Of a stretch of 64,000 nucleotides of DNA, positions 15,843 through 29,600 are shown one piece after another. The notes beneath the pieces are model-generated. The model searched no databases and was not told the origin of the DNA. It saw nothing but the letters and a program-made list of their open reading frames with translations. This DNA comes from the human T2T-CHM13v2.0 reference genome, Homo sapiens, in the NCBI RefSeq assembly GCF_009914755.1, contig NC_060940.1, one strand, 5' to 3'. How positions within the stretch are numbered: position 1 is the first letter of the stretch; every line of letters starts with the position of its first letter. Position numbers and translations under genes: made by a program.

Positions 15843-16132
15843 TTCCTTTTTTTTTTTTTTTTTTTTTTAAGAGTTCAAGGGAGGGTACTAAAGGCAAAAA
15901 TTCCACCCTGGATGCTGTACCTGTTCACTATTTCTGAGACCCAAAGACTACGAGGAGCACAGTGACCGACTCCTAGGCATGCAAACAATGAGGCTAAAAA
16001 GGAAAATTCTTTGTCTGGTGCTGCAAAAGGAGATGGGTGACAGAAGTGCCCAGAACTCAAGGCTCTCAGTGGCTCTGAGCCTAATAAACTTGGAATAGTG
16101 GGGTGGTTCTAGAACAATCAGCAGCTCTGGTA

Positions 16133-16226
16133 CACTTCCCAAAACCCACACCTCTTAATACTATTTAATTAGGGATTATTTTTCGACATGAATTTTGAAG
16201 GAGACATGATCCTTCAAACCATAGCA
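16133..16226 (-). mobile_element. 5' end of MaLR LTR (MLT1A/MST-like)
   Basis: Minus strand TGCTATGGTTTGAA...CAAAATTCATGT...GTATTAAGAGGTG...GGGAAGTG. Confidence 0.75.
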
Positions 16227-17062
16227 GTGTGTATACAGGTACAAATATACACACGCGTACACAGCAGTTATTTTAGCAAGCATCCATTCATCCAACAAAA
16301 TAATCTACTACGTGATATTCACAGTGGTAGATACTAGGTATACAGAGATAAAATCATTATAGTCCCTACCGTCAAAATGCTAATAATCTGGAGAAGGATA
16401 TGATTAAATTGGTAATTTCAGTATGTTCTTATACGTACTATAATGCACACATTAAAAACACTAAAAAGGCCTCACTGAATGTCAAAATATGAAAGCAAAA
16501 TTAATTAGTGAGAAGTCTATCATTTGAATATATGTTCCTTGGATGAATATTAGAACCAACTCTGCCTTAATAAGAAATTACTATTTGATAGGGTTTAACT
16601 AAAGCTCTAAGCAAGCCTCCAGGAGAAAGATGGACTCCCAATGATTGGCCTTGTGAAGAGCTCAAATACTAAGGCCCATTTACTAACCCATTTATTTAAG
16701 GCCTCTCCTCTTCTTAAGAGAAGTCGAATGGCCTTCATAAATACCAGCAATGCACTAAGATTTAAACAAAGGGAAGTTTTAAAGAAAGTGGGATGAAGGG
16801 AAAGTAAAAGTAAGGTTGTTAAGATGGAGCAAAGTACTTCATTCTAAAGCACACCATAATTTATGACACATAGTGTTCTTTCCTAGCAAGCCAAAGCAAC
16901 TGGAGAAACACCAATAGTTATAAAACTAAACAAAATAAAAATGCATTCTTGTCCAGGTGAAACAAAACATTTCTTGATACTTGATGTCAGTAGAATTTCT
17001 CCCACAGAGTCTAATAAAGAAATCAATACATTAAACAATAACCCAAAAATAAACAGAAAACT

Positions 17063-17094
17063 ACACACACACACACATACACACACACACACAC
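17063..17094. repeat. (CA)n microsatellite
   Basis: Read directly from the sequence. Confidence 0.9.
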
Positions 17095-17357
17095 AGTAGA
17101 TATGTATTTATATATAAATATGCAGGTGTATATATAGACACATCTCTAGGGTTGCTTAATTCAAACGGGGACCCAAGCATAGCAGTCCAGTTCAATAACC
17201 ACAATCTCAGCCAGTGACTCTTCCATGGAATTTATAAAATCCTGTCTTAGTCTCAGCCTCTCCTTTGTACCCCTCTCTGTGCTTCTTTAACATGGTTTCA
17301 TGATCTCCTCCCAGAAGGAGACACGATGATACTGACTACAAACAGAGGACTATAAAA

Positions 17358-17614
17358 GAATAGGATTAATGCCCTTATCAAGGGACTTAAAGGAGGAAAT
17401 ACACCTGTTTTCACCCCTTCCATCTCTTCTGTCAACTGAGGACACTCAGAAGGCATCATCTATGAGGAACAGGCCCTTGCTAGACACCAGACATGTGGCA
17501 CCTTGATCCCGAGACTTTCCAGCTTGCAGAACTGTGAGAAAAAAAAACATTCTCTTGGTTATAAATTACCCAGGATGTGGAGTTTTATTGTAGCAGCACA
17601 AAGAAATTAAGACA
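17358..17614 (+). mobile_element. 3' part of MaLR LTR (MLT1A/MST-like)
   Basis: ggattaatgcccttat...catctatgaggaacaggccc...cagaactgtgag...aagaca. Confidence 0.85.
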
Positions 17615-18392
17615 TACATATCTCTATACAGGTATGTATCTATATTGCCATACACTGCACAAGCATGTTTCAGGTAAATCTCACCAGAACCTGTGAAGTT
17701 GTGTGTTACTACCTCTAATGTAGGTAGGTCATAGGCATATTCACATAGCTCCTAAATAGCAGACCCAGGGTTTGGGTCCAGGTCTGCCTCACTCCTCATT
17801 CTTTCCAGTCTGCAACATTGTGTCTCTGAATGAATCACAGTGAGTTTCAAGACAGAATTACAAGCATTGGTGGCATACAAAGATATCTCTAATCTGGGAG
17901 ATTAGAGCTGGATAGGTGGGTATGGCCAACCAACCACATCCTTGCACTGCTGAGAGAAACAATGTGCTTTACGTTACTTAACACTTGCGGCTTTTGATAA
18001 ACCTACTCCACCATCTAAAGTAACTTCTAAATTAGGAAAAATATATAGTTTACTACATGTAATGATCAGTTTTATGTCTTAATTTGGCTAGGTTATAGTC
18101 TGCAGTTATACAATTAAGCAATAATCTAAGCAATCTAGGTGTTATTGTGAAGGTATTCAGTGGATGTAATTCAAGTCTGTAATCAGTTTACTTTAAGTGT
18201 GAAAAATCCTCCTAGATTATCTGGAAGGGCCTGATTCAACCAGTTGAAAGGCATTAAGAGCAGAACTGAGACTTCCCTGATGAAGCTACAATCCCATCTG
18301 TGGACTGCAATGTCAGCTCTCATCTGAGATGTCTAGTCTGCCCTTCCTGCCTACCTGCCCTATGGATTTTGAATTTTCCCAGCCAACCTCTG

Positions 18393-18997
18393 TGCTAAGG
18401 TCTTAAAATATCTCCCTCAAGTTCATATGTTGAAACATAATCTGTAATGTGATGATACTAAAAGGTTGGGCTTTTTAAAGGTGATTAGGCCAAGGGATCA
18501 ATGCCCTTATAAAAGTGAATCAAAAGAGCTCCCTGCCTCTTCCACTATGTGAGAAGGCCTTGAGATGGTGCCATCTATGAGGAATATTCAGTAATTACAA
18601 ATTGAAAATGAATACAATTTAAATTTTAAACTTAAATTCCAGCCATATGCAATTGCTGCTGGCATTTTGCCATAATTTCTCTACATGCTCTGATATATAC
18701 ATAAATGCAGAAGTATGTGTGTAGTAAGTTGAAGTCAGATTGAATACATAATTCGATGACCTATCTTGTACCTCTTAACATTTTATCGCAAGCATACGTC
18801 CATGTAGCTACAACTTCTTTGTAATACTTCCAGTGAAGTATTACAAGTATTCTTGTCTCTCCCTCATCAGACACAGAATCTGCTAGTGCCTTGATCTTGG
18901 ACTTTCCAGCCTCCAGAACTGTAAACAATAAATTTCTGTTCTTTATAAATGATCCAGCCTAAGGTATTTTGTTAAAACAGGCCAAACAGACTACTAT
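18393..18997 (+). mobile_element. MaLR LTR (MLT1A-like) nested in MLT2, carrying a non-LTR insert at ~18585-18860
   Basis: LTR homology stops at gccatctatgaggaa and resumes at ccctcatcagacacagaatctgc. Confidence 0.85.
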
Positions 18998-19040
18998 ATG
19001 CTAAAATTGCTTAAGTCAATCTCTTACCATAAATCTTTCG

Positions 19041-19042
<2 letters not shown>

Positions 19043-19088
<46 letters not shown>

Positions 19089-19359
19089 GTTTATATATGT
19101 GTGTATATATACCTATTTGTACATATATGTTTATATATGTGTATATATGCATATTTGTACATATATGTATATATACACAAACACATGCCAAATATATATA
19201 CACACATATATTATACATATTATATACATAACATATATAATACACATATATACACCAACTATATAGATTTGGCATATGTATTACATGTATATATACCAAA
19301 TATATACAGTTTGATATATACAAATATATATGTATATATTTGGGGTGTGTGTGTGTGTA
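19043..19359. repeat. Compound (TG)n/(TA)n/(CA)n low-complexity repeat
   Basis: Read directly from the sequence. Confidence 0.92.
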
Positions 19360-20058
19360 TCCTGTTGGTTCTGTTCCCCTGGTTGAACTTCGACTAATAC
19401 CTTATGTATATATTAATATTTACAAATGGAAGCTTCAGAAAATTTCTGACTCAAGGAACTGGAAGAGGCTATTCAGTCTCCTGACAATAGCCAGAAACAT
19501 GTTTTAACTCCCTTGAATGACAGTTGTATTCTTACCTGTATCCAAAAGTCAAATTTCAATTCGTTAAATAACTAGAAGACTATGCTTTCAGTTTGATTTT
19601 TTTTTGACAAGTTCTTGGCAAAAGCAGTACACAGTAGTCTATTATTATGTTTTGATAAAGGCATCATTGCAGAAGACTATGTGGATAATATCTTTTAAAG
19701 CCTCTTCTCGTTATTACCTTTTATCTGGTTGTTTTACATACTGGTTGTTTTACATACACAGAGACAAACACACACAAACTCATTTCAGCTATTGGGAAAA
19801 ACATATTTGTAAGTTTTCAAAATTGATAGAGAAGTGACAATAGGCAAAATAATATACGTGTTGTAAAGAACAAGGTTGGGACTGCATGGGGACCTGGATT
19901 CCCAACTGGGTCATGCTGGACAAATTAGCTTCTGTTAGCCTCGATTTCCTCAAATGCAAAATGAAGATATAGCCAATTTACTTCATAAGTCTCTATAAAT
20001 GGTAATTGTCATGACTGTTCAATAATGAAACTTTCAGATTGACCCTCATTCTCTAGGG

Positions 20059-20253
20059 TAGGGCTTGTCAGCCTCAGCACTATTGGCACTTTGGGTCGGA
20101 TGACTGTTTTTTGCAGAGGGCTGTCCTGTGCACTGCAGGACGTCTAGCGGCATCCCTGGCCCCTATCCACTTGATGCCAGCAGCATTCTCTCCCAAGCTG
20201 TGACAAAACAAATGTCTCTAGATCTTGCCAAATGTCCTCTGGGGGCAAAATCA
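20059..20253. mobile_element. MER20 (opposite orientation to the 6.5-kb copy)
   Basis: ctcagcactattggcactttggg...ggctgtcctgtgcactgcagga...gccaaatgtcctctgggggcaaaatca. Confidence 0.88.
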
Positions 20254-20695
20254 TTATTATTATCAGTAGTAGTCACTTTTTATTTTTCTAAAAATGTTAA
20301 GTATAACATACACAAAGAAGAGCACAGCTCTATGAATTAGGAAACACACCCCTGTAATCAGTCCTATAACAAAGAACAGAAAAGTAACATCTCTCCCACA
20401 ACACATGGGATCCTTTCACATTCTCTACTTCCAGTCCACTACTGGGGACTTTTGATCAGAAAAGTTAAGATAAAAAATTTTTAAAAATAAGAGGAAATTC
20501 AGCAATTGAATCTGTAAATTGGTTTTCTCTGTGATTTCGCCCAATAACTAAGCTCTGCTATAATGACAATCTAACCAGAAACCACCAAAAAAGAGCAGGT
20601 GAGCCACTCAAACTCAGCCTAGGATTGCTTAGATTATTGGAGTAACACAAGGATGGCAACCCTTACTGATTCTTCCTTCCTACCAGAAGACTCAC

Positions 20696-20739
20696 CTTGC
20701 TCAACACGATGGAGAAAATCAATTATCAAAATAGATCAA
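20696..20739 (-). other. Candidate 44-nt cassette/cryptic 5'UTR exon
   Basis: Acceptor CCTTCTCTTCCACAG| and donor AAG|GTGAGT on the CDH11 strand. Confidence 0.3.
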
Positions 20740-21151
20740 CTGTGGAAGAGAAGGCCATGAAATTGGGTAGGGCAGCAGCTGGAAGAACCTACTGACCAAT
20801 GGGTATCTTCAGGGAAAGAACAGGGGTAATGAGAGGTTCAATATTTACTATTGAACCTCATATTGCTACCACATCCCTCTCCCTGTTAATCCTTAAGTTC
20901 CTTGGATACTAAGGGATGACAGAACAACATGCTAGAGTTAACAGCATCAGATACTACTGTAAGATAAACCTAGTAGTCTAGTTACATGATATATTCAAAT
21001 ATTACTCTAGCAGCAAGGAAATATGGGAGCAGCTGGCCAGACTGACCCTCCTTCTCTGGGTATGTAATACATGTGCTGTTGGGAATTTATCAAATTACCC
21101 TCATTTGTCTATGAGATGCTGGAGAATCGCAGATTGCAACTGTGTCTTCAA

Positions 21152-21303
21152 GTGTGTGTGTGTGTGTGTGTGTGTGCGTGTGTTTTAGAGACAGGGTCTC
21201 ACTATGTTGCCCAAGCTGATCTCAAACTCCTGGGCTCAAGCAATCCTTCCACCTTGGCCTCACAAGTTGGCTGGATTACAGGCATGAGATACCATGCCCT
21301 GCC
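21152..21303 (-). mobile_element. FLAM_C/AluJ left monomer with (TG)n tail
   Basis: agagacagggtctcactatgttgcccaagctg...ctcctgggctcaagcaatcc. Confidence 0.88.
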
Positions 21304-23093
21304 TCTGTCTTCATTTTTAGTATCACCCGTAGCATCTCCTATTGGGTCTGGAATATCATAGGTGCTTATCAAATGCCTATTACTTAAGATAAGAAATTGT
21401 GTAATGAAGGGTGAACCTCACTAGAAATTAAAACTGCTGAAGTCCTGTTCTTGTCTCTGCCACTAGTATGCCATGTGATTTGGTGTGTGTGGGGGAGGTG
21501 GGGCGTGTAATCTTCTAAATTTTTCTAAATATCAGCACCTAAATCTGTTTAAAAAAGGTAAGAATAAAATGACCTTTGAGGTCACTTTCAGATCTCTATT
21601 ATATTTGATATATTGAGCAGAGAACCTGAAATTACAGATGTGCTTTGTAACCGTCTATTTTCTTAGTCATGCATTCATTCATAATTTCAGTCACTTACTA
21701 ACCCTTTAATTCACCAATCCAATAAAACTGGGTATGATGACTTGTGAAATGGAATGCCTATCTAAGTCTTCTGGAATCCATTGTTACTGGGAACAGCACA
21801 CAGACGGCTGTACGATAATAAATTTTATATTACAGGGTGCCATGATCTCCCAAGGAGAGTAGACAATACAAGTGAAAACATGGAATATTTAAAAAAACAG
21901 GGAAGGTCTAGGGAAGCCAAATATTAATTCATTCATCCACTCATCTATTCATGTCATCCAACAATTTTGAGGACCTATGTGGTACATGTTGTTTTTCCTT
22001 GTCTCAAGTGCACTGTCAATCACAAGGATAAACACAGGACCCCAGCTGTGTCCTTCAGAATATTCACAGGACATAGCAAATGGCCTCAGAGATGGACTGT
22101 AACTCAAGGAAGGTAGTCTCAGTTCTTTGCAGTTTCCTGATAGAGTGGCAGAAAGATCATTCTCTCCTGATTTTAATGATCTTAAGACACAAAAGCTATG
22201 TTCTGAGACTTCCAGTGGTTATTGTGTCTTTGTTACTGTCACCTAGGAAAAATATCTCAGCATCAATAAAATATGAGTTCAACACTTGATTAGACCCAGA
22301 AAAGAGTAGATGGAGATGTGCCCATGTAAATGGAAATGTAGAAATATAAAATTCACAAGATTATTTAAGTCCTTCATCCAGTCTTGACAGAAGCTAGACG
22401 ACTCCATGAGGGCAAGTCATAACTTGTCCTCATGGCAATGACTTGCCTCCAAGCAGGGGTAATATGAGCTGCCAAGTTCATTGCCCTCATGACAATGAAC
22501 TCTTCATGGAGTTCACAGTTGTGTGGAAGAGGTAGAGTAAAAGTGAGAGCTGAAGGTCAGAGTGTTCTGCACAAAGGAAGGAGGCAAAGAGGGCAGTTAG
22601 GAGATTAAGGACGCATCTCAGAAGAGAAATGATAAGGGCAGAAAACTTTGACAATGGCAAAAGAATTAGAAAAATAGACATTATGAAAGAAATATCAGAA
22701 ATGAAATCAGTAGTAACTGGCAATGGACTGGGTGTGAGGTCTTAAAGATGGATCCTCCAAAGTTAATGTGTGATCATTTACCGCTGGTTGGAAAAGTGGG
22801 TGGATAGTGTTGACATCACAGAAATATAGAATATAGGGAAATTATCATATTTAAGAGTTTGCTAAGTGAAGTTTGGGATGCAGCTTGAGGATTAATTAGT
22901 GACAGGATGTTGAATACTGCCATGAAATTTCATGGATCATCTGAGGCAACAAATGTAATAGGAGAAGAAGACTGGAAGAAAATACTAAGGAAGAAAGCAG
23001 TATTTGACTGGAAAGGCTGAGATGAGTGACCAACCAAGAAAATTGAAAAAAAAATTCCTTTTTCAGAAAAACAAAAGTATCTTAAGAAAAACT

Positions 23094-23481
<388 letters not shown>

Positions 23482-26317
23482 TCACTGGTGATATCTACAA
23501 TGAGTAGACAACCACTATGTGTAATGATCTCTGAAAAAACAATTCCATGCCCTCTATAGCTAACACCTCTTATCAAGGGAGCAGTTCTGATTAAAATTTA
23601 AATTTTTCATCCTAAGATAGACATTTAATTGCTTTTCTAATATTGTCAAAGGTGAAAAATCTGGTAACTTTCTTCCTTAAAGTAATTCCTCAAATATGTG
23701 TAGGCTATATTCTTCCAGGCATAGCACCTCAAAGCTTTTATCCATTACTCAGAGGAACTATGTTCTAATAACATTTCCATTCCAACCACTTACACAAACT
23801 TGTTCTCCACATTTGTTGGCCTCTCAGAACCCCAAGAGATGCATACCACTCTCCTAATCCATCATTGCTGAGACAAACCTTCCTTGCCAAGAAGACACCA
23901 ACCAATCATGAGGAGAGACAGGCATGCACAAGCAGAGCACCACAGCCAAAGGCACAGGTTCTTCTCTGGGCATAGCCCTGACCTCACCTGTGATGCTAGT
24001 CAAACTCCCTTTCCTCTTTGGAGCTCTCCTTCAACATTAGGGGACCCCACTCCCAGGACAATTGTGGGGATTCCAGGTCATCAGTTTGGGAAAATATGAA
24101 TTGTGATACTAATATCTTGCCCTACTTTCCTATCTCCATTTATTCATTCTTTCTTCCTCATTTTTATTTTTTCTATTTTCCTTCTTCCTCCCTTCTTCTC
24201 TTCCCTCCCTACTCACCACTTTGTAGGCCCCCCTATTATGGTAAATACCAAGACCATCACTACCATCTTCCCATGAGCAGTGCTCCTCAGCCAAGATGAT
24301 GACTATCTTCCTCAAGTGTCAAGGCCACTTCCCAATACATCACATTGCCGTGTACTATTGATCACATTTATCACTACTAAAAATTATTTTTTTCACTTGT
24401 TTGCTTTCTATGGTCCACTCCCACAAACTAAATATAAGATCCATAAGAATAGATACTGTGTCTACCTTGTCAACCCTTATATCCACAGCCTAGCTGATTT
24501 TCAGTGTGAATGACTTTCGCTAAATGAATGAATGGATGGATATTCTGATAAATGGGTGGATGGGCAGATGACATATCCTTAGTCTGATGGGTTTTTTGTT
24601 GTTGTTTGTTTCAGGGACATCTTTACTCACAGTTATGATGACATATTGCATTCATACAATATAGACATGTATTCTTAAAAGTAAAATTATTCTCAGGTTG
24701 CATAGTAGAATTAAAAGTGCCAGATTCTTTGTTTTGCCCAATGATTGCAAGTTCACACCTCCAAAAAATGCCTGCAGACAACAGCTAATACGACTTTTAA
24801 GGAAACTTCTGACTCTAAGAACCAAAGATAATGTTTGAATTAAATCCACTCAAAGTCTAAGTTTTAAAAAATTCATGTTGAAAATCCATTTCTGCACTGT
24901 TTAGATTTCTGTGTAGCTATAGACCCAAAATCTTACGGCCAATTTGTCTCATTGAGTCAACAGTTGAAGAGAGTATGAGGAAATATTTCTAATAGGATCA
25001 TGTCTCTTGCAACATCACCATATACCCACTCTCCTAAAAAAAAGTCACTTACCTCCCTCTTGGGAAACCTGTGGAGGAAACTCTTACTTTGGAGAATCCC
25101 AATAAATCACCCTTCCTTTACTCATGACTGTAATACATTAACTCTGGACTTGTCCATATGACCCTGGCCTGTAGCCAAAGGGATATAGACAAGCATGATG
25201 CAAACAGAACCATAAACACCCTTGCATGTTGCGATTTTTGTCCTTTGGAAACATATGCTCTTGAGATTTATCCTTTCCAAAGCCAACCACCATGCTGTAA
25301 GTCAAGTAGCCCCATGAAGGGGCCATGTGTTAGAGACACTGAAGCTTGTGTCAATGATAGCTCACCCACCCTCTGAAAGTCATGATTATCCCTGGGTACA
25401 GATAAGAAATACCCTATTCTTGGCCATCCTCTTAATATGGATCCTTCTGTTGAACCCAACTTTGGGGTGGAGACTCAGGACAGGAGCAATGGAGCAAAAA
25501 ATGCAGGAAGATGGTTTAAAAGTGTGGGGACTGAGATGCAGCAAAAACACTGAAACTGAGCATTATCTGTCAAGGTATTTTGGTTCTCTACTGCTGTCTA
25601 TCAATTCACCCACAACAACTGCAACCTGGAGCCAGCCCGTCTCTCTGTGCCCTCCTCTTGTCACTCTCCACCCAGTGCCTACACATGCACATTCATGCAG
25701 GTGCCTACCACATGGCCCAAGCACCATGGCACACCTCCTGGGTGCTCATATTTTTTGCGTTCCATTGAAACTCTAAACTTCACAGGAATCTGATTTCCTG
25801 GATAACCTGGGTGTTGAAAGCAGCTTGGTTTGTTGAGTTATCACATATTCTCGGTTAGCTTTGGATCTTGCAACCTGCTAGATGCTTATTTAGTATATAA
25901 ATATATGTTTTAAACAATTGTGTATGAAATGAGAATAAGCATGAGACAATGTAAGAGAAAATGTTATAAATTCACTGATGCCAGGTGGTAACAGAATTGT
26001 TATATTAATGGTATTATTTTTTCATCATTGTTGTAATAATCGCCATCATTATTAAGGTGTTACAGTATTATGGAAAGATGCCTACATGAGGAAATAAAAT
26101 ATGTTAAATCTGAATTCAAGCTCTACATTTTACTAGCTTATATGATGGCAAGCATGTTATGTAATCCGATTCTAACTTTTTTGTCTGAAAAATAGGGATG
26201 GTAGTATAGGATTATTTTGAAGATGAATTAGATAACATGACAATATGCCCAACAGTGTCTTCCTCACCAATAGTAGTTTTTAAAAACTGTGTATAAATAT
26301 ATTCTTCAAAAGTTGAG

Positions 26318-26675
26318 ACCTGCACTATTTGTAAGGTATCCACTAGCTGCATGTACCTACTGAGCACTTAAAATGTGCCTAGTCTCAACTGAGATGCATT
26401 AGTATAAAACACACTCCACATTTTAAAGACAGTATAAAAAAGATATGAAATGTCACATTAATAATGTTACATTGATTATAAACCAATAATTTATATTATG
26501 TTATAATATGTTGTATTGTGTTATAGTTTTGATATATTGGCTTAAATAAAATAAATTATTAAAATAAATATTCCCTATTTCCCTTTTACTTTTTTAATTT
26601 GACTGCTAGAACATTTTAAACTAAATATGTGAATGACGTTTGTGGTTTGTATTATATTTTTATTGGACTGCACTG
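26318..26675. mobile_element. MER33-like (hAT-Charlie)
   Basis: cactagctgcatgt...tgagcacttaaaatgtg...tttttattggactgcactg. Confidence 0.7.
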
Positions 26676-29600
26676 GGTTAAAGAGTTATCATGAAATTAC
26701 AATTATAAACATATAAAAGCTCAAAAACAAAGGATTTGGTGGAGAAAATTGAGTTCTTATTTTCAGAGGTATGCAAATATGATTCCTGCTGGGAAGGAAA
26801 GTATTATCTATGCCAATTTCCTTTAAAAGTGAAGCATGACACCTTCATAAGCAGAGGAAAGATTCTCTTCCTTATACCCAGGTGAAAGTTAGGTTTGGAA
26901 GAGCAGCAATAGATTAGTCAATTTTAGTAAAGGGAATGGAAAGAAACATATGGGTTTGGAAACACGGAACTTGGAGACAAATTCCACATTGTCCCTCACT
27001 AGCCATAGAACCCAGAGTAAGATGCATAAACTCTTTGAATCTCTTTCTCTCTATAGAGCAGAAATACTAATATACTTCTAACTTACAAGGTGATAGCTAG
27101 CATTTATTAAGTCCCATTATGCACTTGGCTTTTTGTAGGTAGGTGCCACTGTCATCCCAAGGTAGAGAGAAGGAAATTAAAGCAAAAAAACAAAAAACAG
27201 AAGCATGTAATATACACATGGACACAACAAAAGACAGGGGGCAGTGGAATCTGTTTTGGTATAAACCCCTTTGGCACTGCGCTTTTAATCACTGCTCTCT
27301 ATTCAGATTAGTCTTTTATGGCTATCCTGGGAATGGAAGGAGACAATGAATGTGAAGCATATACCAAGATCATCAAATAATGGTCCCCATTTATATTGCT
27401 GTTGTGAAGGCATAGCGAATTATGGAGAGGATGTAAGATTTAAATCACTCTGTGCCCCATTTGTTCATTCAAAAGAAAGACCCCAAAAGACAAGGAAGTA
27501 CGTAAGCTGACTTTGCAAATTCTGTTGTCTTGGTAGTATTCTCAATTTCATAAGAATTAAATATTTGGGGGAAATACATTCAAAAGTTAATTTACGAAAT
27601 ATAAAGCCAAAAGAATTCTGGCCTCACAGATAACTTAAAAGCTTTAAAATCAGTTCCTGCATGGCCAGTAAAATAAATAAATATCTGAGGTCCTCCCAGT
27701 TCTTCCCGAAATGACTTTGAATCTCTCTGTCCACGTTTGCAGCACCAGCATCAAGTTACAATATTTTTTTTAACATAAAGCATACACTTCATAAAGATTG
27801 AACTATCTATATGAAGGCTGGGTTTTCTTTTTGTTGTTGCTGTTTGTTTATTTGTTTTTGGAAGAGGTTTTAGTGTTTGTGTTTTTGTGAGGGGCCCAGA
27901 AAGCACTGAGAATTAGGAAAAGGCTGAACCGAATATAGAGGGAGACTGGGAAATATTCCCAGCTGGGACAAACCAGCTGCTAGCTATAATCCCTGTGAGT
28001 TTCCCAGGGGGAGCACTTGGATCTAGCCTACTGGATAACCTCCATCAACACATTCCCACAACACAAGATACCTCCCAGGGCAACAGTCACATCCCTCTGA
28101 CTATCCAACCTGACACCTCTGCAACAGACATGATTGTTTCTGACAAACTCATTTCTTGTTCAATTTGATATGAAAATGAAAGTTGGATTAGCACAATTTC
28201 TCACATTTGAGAGCATGTGCATGAATAGCATTTTCAATGTTGCCTTATAGTAAACCCAAATGAGCTTTGAAAGGAGATGCAACAATGCAGGTAGAGTTGA
28301 TATTTTCAAGATCTCTCTGCTTTGCATCCAAATCAGCCCTGCAAGGTGAAAGCATGCTTAGTGGGCCAAGCTGACACAATCAATGTCACTCTCTTAGAAG
28401 CAGACCATCTTCAGAAAGAAATGTTAATCGAATTGTTTCCCATGCAAATGTAAAAACAGGGGAAACAATACTATAGATAATATCAATATTTTTCAACGTT
28501 AAGCAAAGACAGGCAATTCTTGAAGAGTGATGCTATTACCATGAATTTCATCAATTCAGTCTTACCCACAATGCTTTTCTTACATGCTTTGTTTTCACAA
28601 CTGTTCCTTGGAGGACAGGTTTGGGGGCCTCTTTGCCAGAACTGAGAACTATGTTCTGAGTTTCCATGAGCCTACTATCAACTTGATTTTCATTGCCCAA
28701 ATAAAATTTTGAACCCAGGAGCTGTGTTAGGAGAATAATACACATATTCTCTGGGTCAAGTCAGTGTGACCGAAACTTCTTCTTGGACTTTTTTAACAGA
28801 GCTCAACTGTTTTTCCCAATCCCTCCTGTAGGGAGGTAATGTTCCATTCTAATCCTCTTATTCTACCAAAGAGGAAACTTGAGTCCACACAAGAGGAGTG
28901 AGTTCCTTCTTGTTAACAGTGAGTGGGATGGGTATAGGGTTTGACCTGGTGGTCTACAGATGAAAATGTTACACAAATATAAGAGTTGATCAATACAAAA
29001 CATAGAAACCTTAGTGGACTGTGTCTCTTTGAACAAAACTTTGCCATCTTGGTCTTTGCTATCACATCTATTCTGAAGACCTGCCTTAGAGTGCCAAATT
29101 TCATATCTCTTAATGTCATCCTCAAATTCGGTGTAGATTATTCTTTATCTCTTATAAATCTTGTTTCTTATTAATATGCATTAGAGAAGCTGCAATGGGA
29201 CTCCCTTTTTGACATGCAACATACAAGACCTTAATGCTGCATAACAGAGAATGGATAGTACCTATTGATGGACAAAAACTGAATGTATACATCTTCTTTC
29301 AACAACCCTTCAAAACAAACTGTAAATCCTGGGTGCAAGATAAATGTTCTGACATGACATTCTTGGTAGCATCTTCCCTTCATGTATGCCAGGGCTGGAC
29401 AGGAGCCAAAATCTCAGGAGAGAACATGGATCTGGGAAACACAACTTCTTTCTGCCTAACACATCTTTTTAAATATTTAAGTTTCATGAGCACATCACAG
29501 AAAACATAACACTTGGTGTCATCCTTAAATAATTCTGGGTGGGGAGAGTGCCAAGAATCCATCAATCTTGTATGCCTGAGAAAAGTCATGGGAAAAGGTT

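Larger units (their letters stand above)
18058..19400 (+). mobile_element. MLT2 (ERVL) LTR interrupted by a MaLR LTR and a microsatellite
   Basis: MLT2 5' end tgtaatgatcagttttatgtc..., core tcaaccagttgaaaggc...aagagcagaactgag, 3' end tcctgttggttctgtt...gactaatac. Confidence 0.75.

Noticed and set aside
15843-15868. Second poly-T tract at the head of the 15.6-kb Alu
   Set aside because: Explained as an expanded T-rich target-site duplication, not a separate element.
18998-19397. Cys/Val/Tyr/Ile/His-rich ORFs
   Set aside because: Translations of the (TG)/(TA) microsatellite.
22920-22935. Perfect 16-bp palindrome ccatgaaatttcatgg
   Set aside because: About one such palindrome is expected by chance in a window this size.
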